A stretch of DNA of 64,000 nucleotides from Phoronis australis. Lineage: Eukaryota; Animalia; Phoronida. Below, piece after piece: positions 54,900 to 64,000 of the stretch. Positions within the stretch are counted from its first letter, which is position 1. Every line of letters starts with the position of its first letter. Position numbers and translations under genes: made by a program. Where the stretch lies: NCBI GenBank assembly GCA_002633005.1, contig NMRA01000554.1:124001-188000 (forward strand), in the 5' to 3' direction. The notes beneath the pieces were generated by a model. It was not told the origin of the DNA, ran no database searches, and saw only the letters and a program-made list of their open reading frames with translations.

Positions 54900-56100
54900 C
54901 AAGTGTGGTACTGACGTAGAATTCCCTTAGTTAAGGGTAGAGTCTTGCCCAGCTTTTTATAGGCTGAGGAGCAACTTACTGGATGGCACTGTTACATGCT
55001 TACAATATATAGTGCATGTCAAGAAATGGAAACGTCTATCCGTTTTCTTAAAGGAGACTGGCAGACTTGAAAACTTCCTTCACGAACTTCTACTACAACG
55101 CCGAAGGTAATTTCGCTATCAAGGATACCATGATAACATACAGGTTCCACGTGAACAATTCTATTTTAATCACTAATACTTCTAATATTGCATATAAAGA
55201 TGAGAAATGGTCATAAAAACACTACCATTAACAGCTGACTGGCGTTCTGCACAACTTTTCAAAATGCCCCAGAATTTTTTCGTGTCTCTCAGACTGGAGT
55301 TTAATTCCTGACTACGTTTTCAACAATAATTATTTTTTAGCCTTTTTTAACAACTGCATATTCTTTTCTCTCAATTTTAATTTCATTCAACTCGTTTCCA
55401 CTTCCCCGCCTAAATTCTGTTTGATTCATACATGGAACGTTTCGATTTGCGACATTCTTCGTCAAACCAAGGTGCATCACCTCGTCGCATAATGTGTTAT
55501 TGTATTTTAGCCTCGTTGTGATTTAATCACCGTATTACATAACTCTCCCTTATTGTTTAGTGTCACTTTTTCAGAGAAGGGATTGACAATGCTTCCTGTT
55601 CCTAGAACTGTTTGCCTGAACATACCGGTGTATCCCTTGTGGCCTACGTTGATTGGTTGACTTGTAGCCTTTATGTGCCTTGCTCAGTTATTTTCAAGGC
55701 AGCCTGTTTCACGGTCTGTAGTTTATCACAATAGAACTTGTTAGACACAACCTCGGTGTTTCTATTCCCGTACGCCGCGTACTGTGCTGGAGATTCTAAC
55801 AAGTCTAATGAGTCTAACCCGCCTAGCTTCTTCCTGTCACAAACCGTCATCNAATGACTTGGTACTATGTACTATGTGAACTCTCCCTTATTATGAAAAC
55901 TAGTGACTATTTATTGTCGTGTTTTCCATGTGTCTACATGGAACAGTCAGTCCCTTCATTTCCCACCATGATTTATTTGAGCTTTTACATGAACTGTATA
56001 TATCACAGAAAAGTTACATTTCAAAATCTAACGAACTTCCTGGCTCTAGCATTATCCCGACCCTGTGCAATGTCATCGATAAATGTCGAAAACTTTTTAT
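54900..56100 (-). mobile_element. Decayed non-LTR retrotransposon (LINE) ORF2 fragment, endonuclease-to-RT linker region
   Basis: Motifs in order on the minus strand, broken by stops and frameshifts: NKGEFT (~55890), DAPWFDEECR (55478-55449), DTKKFWGI (~55286-55263), FYDHFSSLY (~55218-55192), LDSEIT (~55123). These resemble CR1/L2/RTE-X-type ORF2. Confidence 0.55.
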
Positions 56101-56109
56101 CGGGATCTA

Positions 56110-56261
56110 TAGGGGAGGATCCAGGGTTAGTTAGGGGGGCCTGGGCAGAGTATTAGCCAGGTTTTGCCCGCCAGGCATTTGCACCCCCGAACTGCCAAAT
56201 GGAATCGGGGAGAATTTAAGGGGCGGCATGGCCCCCTTGCCCCCCGCTAAATCCGCCACTG
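56110..56261. mobile_element. MITE (GGCGGAT-type TIR) with 5-bp target site duplication
   Basis: TIR TAGGGGAGGATCCAG / CTAAATCCGCCACTG; flanks ATCTA / ATGTA. Confidence 0.55.
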
Positions 56262-56824
56262 ATGTATTATTTACTTACTTTGCTTAGAACTTTATACCAG
56301 TTTCTTTGCAAAGGGGTGCCGATTTTATTTCTTTCAAATTGCTCGCGTTGGCGACCGAAACTGACAAAAAGTTACTTATTCGACTAGTACTAACTTTGGT
56401 TGCAAAGATGTACGTGTATATGGAGCCAACCCCGTCTTAATTAAGTGGGTAGTCCTTAACAAATCTTTATAAAGGTAACGAGTGACTTTTCCATAGAATC
56501 TGCCCGTAAAAATGGTTTCCTTTTTGCGAATGCGTTTNAAATCCGCCACTGATGTATTATTTACTTACTTTGCTTAGAACTTTATACCAGTTTCTTTGCA
56601 AAGGGGTGCCGATTTTATTTCTTTCAAATTGCTCGCGTTGGCGACCGAAACTGACAAAAAGTTACTTATTCGACTACTAACTTTGGTTGCAAAGATGTAC
56701 GTGTATATGGAGCCAACCCCGTCTTAATTAAGTGGGTAGTCCATAACAAATCTTTATAAAGGTAACGAGTGACTTTTCCATCGAATCTGCCCGTAAAAGG
56801 GGTTTCCTTTTTGCGAATGCGTTT
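56249..56824. repeat. ~290-bp near-identical tandem duplication (56249-56537 / 56539-56824); probable haplotype duplication artefact
   Basis: Single N at 56538 between the copies; a few SNPs and a 3-bp indel. Confidence 0.9.
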
Positions 56825-59270
56825 TTTTGGGTATCATTCACCGTGCCGTACCCAGTCAACAGGTGGTGAGACCGGTTCGAAAGGAGCAGAGACCTTAGAG
56901 ACCCTGCAGATCGCCTTTGCCGTGAGTCAGTAGTACTGTTGTGTATTGTTGCGCGAGTTGGCTCACTGAGAACTCCAAACGACATGTCGTGGAAATCGAC
57001 GACATTTTGTGAGCCCGAACCAAAAATAGTTCAGCAAAATATATCCCGGGATTGAATCACAATGTGATCTCCATTACTTTACAAAGATTAAGCTTTTATA
57101 CGGTAACAGCGGTCAATATGAAGAACAGGGAGCGATGAATATGGAGAGTTACTGACTCCGCCTATTGATCACTTCATAATCTGTCCAAATTGTATAGTAA
57201 TTAATAACAGGTTTTGTGAAAATATCACTTAGGTAGGTGCAACGAAGATCAGTTTCATAATTCACCGTATAATTACAAGAACGTTCCCTTGTTGCGTCAA
57301 ATTGAAATTTGGTATTGATCTAAAAGCATTTGAGCAAACCAAGAAAGATTGCAGGTGCATAAATTGTCTTTACAAATCGCCATTCTGATTCAAGTAGAAT
57401 TTTTAAGTGTACAGTATCTTTCCACGATTTGAATTTCGCCGCCCTTGGCTTTCCCTGATATCGGTTGCCGCACAAATGACAAATCGTTGCGAAGCTGGTT
57501 GCCGAGGAAACCCTGGACCTTTTAAACCTTTCAATAATCTGGGTTATCAAAGTGGCTTGCGCTCTTTATTAGCTTTATCAAAAGTATAGCCAGTACCTGA
57601 GGTTATCGTGTTGTTTTGATTTGACATTTTGAAATCGGTCGTATTTTTATCTTTTTGTTACTTAGGTGAGGGGTTGTATATATGCCTATCACGTTAATTG
57701 AACTTTCCGTGAGTAGAGTGCGTCACCACGGTCACCGATAGTGCCCAAGGCATGTCAAAGGCAATTATAAAGGACCTATTTCCTAGAACGCATGTAATTT
57801 GCTACCTTTCACGATAAGACTGGTTCGTTATTTCCTCATACGTTGTGTGGACTGTACGCAAAGCTCGTTCTGCAACTTTATTTTTGATGACACATCGTCA
57901 CGTACGCACACTCGGTTTTGTTGATCAAGAAGGTGAGGTACAGTTCGACTGCTTAAACTGAGATTTTTTGCTGTTGTTTTATCTATTTTTACAAGCACGA
58001 GGTAATTCTCTAATAGAAAATAATTGTATGCCATTGTTGATATTGAGTTTTGTCTAGTAGTCATCGGCAATGGTAATTAATAACTTGCCGTTTCTCCTAT
58101 CACTGTTTCCTGCAACCTACTAGCAAGGCTAACAGTTACGTTTTATGAAAGCGGCAATGAATCGGCGTTCTGTAAAAGAAATTTAATTTTGATTTACAAC
58201 TTACCGACATAAAATTGGTCCCATTTTGTTCCATATTCAGAAGAAATATGACTTATGGTTTTTGGGACAGTTTGTTTTTCTCGAGACCATGTTCGTCGAG
58301 TAAAATGACACAAGTCAACTTGAAAAGCTTTCTGGTCTTGAACAATAACAAACTCTCGGTTCTTTTGAAGCCCTAAGATCCCCTACAATTCGACTAAGGA
58401 ACAATTTGTCTTTTGTGATGGAAAGCGATTTTACGTAATTTTTAACCGCTTTAAGGTTATTGTAATCAATCTGTTTATTTGGTCAAATAACTACATAAAT
58501 TTTGAGTTTTAACTAGGTAAAGATACATATATATTTTTTGAAATTTCTCAGCCTTTAAAATTTGATTTTCGATTTCTGCCATGAAATTGGATCACCTGAC
58601 CTTGCATTTTAGTGAAATTTAGAAAAAAAAAAGAAATTTACATTCATAGAAAAACAACGGTATCCAATATCATGACCAAATTTTAATACAGATGGTGAAA
58701 ATGAAAGCTAATAAAACTGTTACAGTTTTTAAATATTTTTTCGTTTTCATTTGGTGGAACCTATTCTTTGACAGCTCAGTGGATCAATTTAAAAAAAATT
58801 ACGAAGTTTTGGTAAACAGTGTATAAATCATATATCCGAACGTTTATATGTGAATACGACCAACTATTTCTGAGATATAATGTTCCGAAATTAGCAAAAT
58901 TAGAACATTTTTTAGTTCCACGTAAAAAACAAGGATAGAAAGTTTGTGTGTATTGCGTTAATTACGAATTTAAACCACTCGATAAACAGCAAACTAATAA
59001 CGTTAACATAATATGTACATGATTACATCAGAAGCAAATTAAACAAGTTTAATTTCTGAGATGCATGACATGTTTATTGCTGTTTAGTTAAACTGTACTA
59101 TTAATCTTAGCATTTATTTAGGAATACGGACCACAACGGAAACTGGTATCCACTTTTTGTGTCGTCTGTCAGTATATTTTGTGTTTTTTAGTTAAATTAA
59201 CATAAGTCTCGCTTGTCTTCCTTCCTGTTGTTTGTATCGTTTGTCTGCCTCTATCACTTTTGTGTTTTAC

Positions 59271-59350
59271 AATGCCGTATTGTGTTTTTTTCATGCCGTA
59301 TTTTGTTTTATAATGCCGTATTGTATTTTATAAGCCCGTATTTTGTTTTT
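59271..59350. repeat. ~20-bp minisatellite, 4 copies
   Basis: ATGCCGTATT(G/T)TGTTTT-like unit repeated four times. Confidence 0.7.
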
Positions 59351-59902
59351 GTGGTCAATCCATATTAAAGGTGCATTTCACCTTGTTTAGCTGTCTAAAA
59401 AAACGAAAATTTCGAATTAGACTTTTTCTCTCGTAATCTTCCTTACTGCAGTTGCATTCTATTTCCGTTACCAACTCGACCATAGAAAATATCAGCGACT
59501 CAATAAAACGCTAAACTAGCGAATTTGAAAATGGCTCATGTACGCGTTGCTTTAGACTTGAGTTGGTAACGGAAGGAATTCTGTGACATCAAAGCATGTT
59601 GTGTGGCCTATTTTATGAGCCTGAAGGATCTCAGTAATTCGGTTTTCTTTTTTAGCCTGCTAAACAGGGCGAAATGCAACTTCAAATCAATCATCCCAAA
59701 CTTAGGTTTTGGTCGCACATCCGTCAGTGATTCACATCACCCAAAAAAAGAACCAGTTCCAATATACGACCTTGGGCTTACCATAAGAAATGTTTGACTC
59801 TATCAACATTTTAAATTTGGGTTCTCGAGTCACGTCAGGCGTAACTTTTCGATGTATCATGCAGTCTATACGCTGGGTAAATATTGTCAAATTGTTTTCC
59901 AG

Positions 59903-60715
59903 ATGGATCCCCATGGAAAGTCTGAGACTGATTTCAGGAAGGTCCTTATCAGTGGAATCATCCAGATAGTTCTGTCTGTAGTCAACGCTGTTCTGGGGAT
60001 TGTTGCTGTTGTTGACCACGCTCATCTCGGCTACACTGGAGCGGGCATATGGACTGCAGTGTTTTTTCTCGCTTCCGGTATTTTCGGCGTGACGTCATGG
60101 AAATACAAGACTGAAACGCAGTTGAAAATATTCATGTGGCTCTCTGGGGTCGCCATACTCTTTGCACTGGTCCTGTTGGGCATAACCGGGAGTGCGATGT
60201 CCATGGATGCCCATGACGACGATTTCTGTAACAGCGCATACTGGAAATGGTGCGCGAATTCGGAAGCTATTGAAGTGCCCGTGGTTGTCGCCGGTCTTTT
60301 GGAACTCTTGACAGCACTCGCCTCGTTCATCTATTGCTGCAGAAAAGTTGGTTGCTGTGCCAGTACCAGACCGTCATCTCCGAGCGTAAACCCAGCCGTG
60401 GCTCATTACGTAACGCAGAACCATGGCAACCAACTTGGCCCTGGCCAAGTTGTCTTTATGACGTCACCTAGCGGAACAATTGCGGTCGACGAACAAGGAC
60501 GACCGGTTCAACACAACGGTTTGCCGCTTGTGTTCATGCAGTCTGTCAATCATGCGCGTGGGTTTTCCCAACCTAGTCAGCAAGCCACCGTGACGCCTAT
60601 GGATCAAGTTAATGTCGCCAATCCACCACCGTACTCTCCACCAACAGAAGGGGCAGTGGGCGGAGTCGAGACCTTCCCAACAAAGGACGTGAAACTTGAC
60701 CTGAGCCAAACATGA
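59903..60715 (+). CDS. MS4A/CD20-like four-transmembrane protein with Cys cluster and C-terminal PPxY motif; 270 aa, single coding exon
   Basis: Longest ORF in the window (59852-60715). The likely ATG at 59903 directly follows a TTTTCCAG acceptor. Four hydrophobic segments, a CD20-family-like TM2 motif YTGAGIWTAVFFLASGIFG, YCCRKVGCC after TM4, and a Gln/Pro-rich tail with NPPPYSP. Confidence 0.82.
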   Translation: MDPHGKSETDFRKVLISGIIQIVLSVVNAVLGIVAVVDHAHLGYTGAGIWTAVFFLASGIFGVTSWKYKTETQLKIFMWLSGVAILFALVLLGITGSAMSMDAHDDDFCNSAYWKWCANSEAIEVPVVVAGLLELLTALASFIYCCRKVGCCASTRPSSPSVNPAVAHYVTQNHGNQLGPGQVVFMTSPSGTIAVDEQGRPVQHNGLPLVFMQSVNHARGFSQPSQQATVTPMDQVNVANPPPYSPPTEGAVGGVETFPTKDVKLDLSQT

Positions 60716-61752
60716 ACTTGAAGGCATGGTCCCGCGACTGATCCACATATTTGAAAACGATGCTTTTATATTTTAAGACTTTATGCAGAGTTCATCACTG
60801 TGCCTGTTCAGTTTCAATCAACCAGTTTTCACCCTCAAACAAGTGACTTGGTCGGATTCACCTTCGTCGAGGCATCATTACCAGCTGTTAAATTATCCTT
60901 GGGAGCCTGAAGTGGCGCTCACGAACATTTTTTTCAGATTTTATTCCACGCCGAGTAAAGCCGAAGGTGTTTATGCAAAATGTTTGTCAGCTGGACGTTT
61001 TAGTATGTTTTAAATCTAATGTAATGACTGTTTAAATCAAGTTTCTACTTATAGTTCCATAAATCGATAAAGGACATTTTTGAACGACAACGTATTTATT
61101 CAATGCTTGTTGTGGAAAAAGTTTAGAGAAACGTATGAAAGTACAAGTAACGGCAGTCGTAACTTTTTAAGCGCTGTAGTAAATCCCGCGTTCAACAAAC
61201 TACTTACTGCTATAACATTATAGTTTCAGCCTGATTCCTAATTAATGAAAAGTGATGTGTGGTCTTGAAAAGAACTGATAGTTCACTTATTGCTCGAGAC
61301 CTTGACAAATCAAGTTGTAGAGCCTGTGATCTCGACCAATACCCAACTGTTAGTTCTTGGCCAAGTCTTGAATTCATACGAAACAATTTGAGACCAATTC
61401 CATAACGATAAATGGTCTAAATCAAATGTTGGTTTTCTTGTGACGGAATGTGAGTTCATTTCCATTTTACAATCGCATTTCGTTCTAGTAATATCAGGAA
61501 GAGATAACCAGGTTATATTGCCTGGTAATATGTAAATGTTATATTTTATGCTACATTTGGATTATAACTACGCAGATCTGTATGTATAGAATAAACAGAA
61601 TGAGTATTTTCTATATATATTTTGTAGATCTTACCTGGATAAAAACGTTATGTTGCATGACATAGCTGCAAAGCTTTTAACTTTGTTAGCAAAATGATTA
61701 CGTTCCCAATGCACGGGATATTATTGTGAGGAAGTCATGAATATTGTAACGA

Positions 61753-63950
61753 GAGAAGTGTGTAACTCGTTTCACGCCAATTTATCTTTCCTTGCATCAC
61801 AGCATAGGTCACGAGCGCTGTTCTGCTCTAGTTTAGATGGAAATGAGCAATGGCGGATTTGAAAACTTGACGTACCCTGTCGTATGATCCACACTGCAAA
61901 GTCCACCTCTTTCTCAAGCCAGAGTTCCTTTTAACTGGTTGAGGTCCCGGGCATTTTTGTTGGTGTGGGGCGGGTGAGATTGAAACGACTTTTGCATTTT
62001 ACGCGCTCTTGAAACGGGAAGTTTCCACTATTCTTTTGGTTAATCTCAGAGTTCTTGTCACTTGGTTAAGCTAGGGTAACATGGCAAAGCCACGCGTCCA
62101 CACTACACAACGTACACCCCATGTGACACATTTAGTGCAAAACACTCTATAAGTGCTGAGTACGGCACCCGATCCGCTTTGTCTGCATGTTTTCGTCCAC
62201 ATGACTTGCGTTGGGGCACCCTGTAGCCGGCAGTTTACCCTACCTCGGTAAGATGGGATAAGTTGTCACACTTGTGATCCTGTGCAAATAACGTCCATAC
62301 TACCTACGACCTAGTGACAACTCCTTCCAGGAATAGTATAGTAACTCTTATTGCAGTCATGGTAGAGCGTAATTTTAACAAATTTAATTGCTACCGAAAG
62401 TAGGCTATTCTTTCATCTTTCACTTGATTATAACGTAGAAAATATATGTGAAACTAAATATGGCGATCCAGATCCTCCCAAGGATACTATTGTTTCATGA
62501 AATGAAGAATATAAATCGGTAAATAAAACAACAAGAATGGATCAACTGAAATTTGAAATTTTCGGAGGTAACAACTTTTTTTTTCTGTTTTTGTTGATAA
62601 AGGAAGTTGTTACCTCCGAAAATTTCAAATTTCAGTTGATCCATTCTTGTTGTTTTATTTACCGATTTATATTCTTCACTTGATTATGAAATTAATAGCC
62701 CAACCTTTTCTTGTATTCTTTTCATATTCAGGGTTACCCTCTCGAGGGGATCCCTGAAGAAGGGAACCTATTTCTTGAAACTATATTGTCATGAAAATCA
62801 ATGTTAGATTAGTTGACCGTAATGAAACTCGCCTCGGTAGGCTTAGAAAGAACAGACTTGAGACTTGGTTCTACAGTTGCATTGTCGTGGTGGTGTGTCA
62901 TGTGTTGGCCGAGCATATAGTCTCCGATGGCAACTACGAGCTGTCAGCTCTTTACAAGACCCAAACTCAGTCATTTCTCGTGGANGAGAAGTGTGTAACT
63001 CGTTTCACGCCAACTTATCTTTCCTTGCATCACAGCATAGGTCACGAGCGCTGTTCTGCTCTAGTTTAGATGGAAATGAGCAATGGCGGATTTGAAAACT
63101 TGACGTACCCTGTCGTATGATCCACACTGCAAAGTCCACCCCTTTCTCAAGCCAGAGTTCCTTTCAACTGCTTCAGGTCCCGGGCATTTTTGTTGGTGCG
63201 GGGCGGGTGAGATTGAAACGACTTTTGCATTTTACGCGCTCTTGAAACGGGAAGTTTCCACTATTCTTTTGGTTAATCTCAGAGTTCTTGTCACTTGGTT
63301 AAGCTAGGGTAACGTGGCAAAGCCACGCGTCCACACTACACAACGTACACCCCATGTGTCACATTTAGTGCAAAACACTCTATAAGTGCTGAGTACGGCA
63401 CCCGATCCGCTTTGTCTGCATGTTTTCGTCCACATAACTTGCGTTGGGGCACTCTGTAGCCGGCAGTTTACCCTACCTCGGTAAGATGGGATAAATTGTC
63501 ACACTTGTGTCCAATTGATCCTGTGCAAATAACGTCCATACTACCTACGACCTAGTGACAACTCCTTCCAGGAATAGTACATGGTAGAGCGTAATTTTAA
63601 CAAATTTAATTGCTACCGAAAGTAGGCTATTCTTTCATCTTTCACTTGATTATGAAATTAATAGCCCAACCTTTTCTTGTATTCTTTTCATATTCAGGGT
63701 TACCCTCTCGAGGGGATCCCTGAAGAAGGGAACCTATTTCTTGAAACTATATTGTCATGAAAATCAATGTTAGATTAGTTGACCGTAATGAAACTCGCCT
63801 CGGTAGGCTTAGAAAGAACAGACTTGAGACTTGGTTCTACAGTTGCATTGTCGTGGTGGTGTGTCATGTGTTGGCCGAGCATATAGTCTCCGATGGCAAC
63901 TACGAGCTGTCAGCTCTTTACAAGACCCAAACTCAGTCATTTCTCGTGGA
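61753..63950. repeat. ~1-1.2-kb near-identical tandem duplication (61753-62984 / 62986-63950); probable haplotype duplication artefact
   Basis: Single N at 62985. Copy 1 carries a 256-bp segment missing from copy 2. Confidence 0.9.
62503..62678. repeat. Perfect 75-bp inverted repeat with a 26-bp spacer
   Basis: 62503-62577 is the exact reverse complement of 62604-62678, checked base by base. Confidence 0.95.
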
Positions 63951-64000
63951 AGTTGAGGAACAAGCTGATGACCACTCAACGGTCTTAATGAAAAATTATT

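Noticed and set aside
59852-59902. Upstream in-frame ATG for the MS4A-like ORF
   Set aside because: A pyrimidine tract and CAG acceptor precede the ATG at 59903, so these 17 codons are probably intronic.

Overview
AT-rich, intron-rich animal genomic DNA. It looks like an invertebrate, but the species cannot be named from the sequence. It is not prokaryotic, so most ORFs in the track are noise or intron read-through. Four protein-coding genes were rebuilt by hand from GT-AG splice sites with consistent phases: (1) a 5'-incomplete TMTC1 protein O-mannosyltransferase, + strand, 16 exons, 4923-26322; (2) a convergent 398-aa vWA-domain protein of the vwkA-like family with no kinase domain, - strand, 6 coding exons, 38836-30499; (3) VTA1, the Vps4/ESCRT-III cofactor, + strand, 7 exons, 40697-49010, head-to-head with the vWA gene; (4) an MS4A/CD20-like four-pass membrane protein with a PPxY tail, + strand, one coding exon, 59903-60715. 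Introns and intergenic DNA hold many non-autonomous transposons: a HINE/Helentron-like family, MITEs with 5-bp, 3-bp, TTAA and 7-bp target duplications, a 2.3-kb Sola2-like element, SINE heads and a decayed LINE. Three near-identical tandem duplications joined by a single N are probably uncollapsed haplotypes. The most striking signal is that the ~150-bp core repeats of the HINE-like family each carry a CTCF-like motif, giving a 7-site co-oriented array in a TMTC1 intron. No rRNA, intact tRNA or CRISPR array was seen, and no confidently new multi-gene system.
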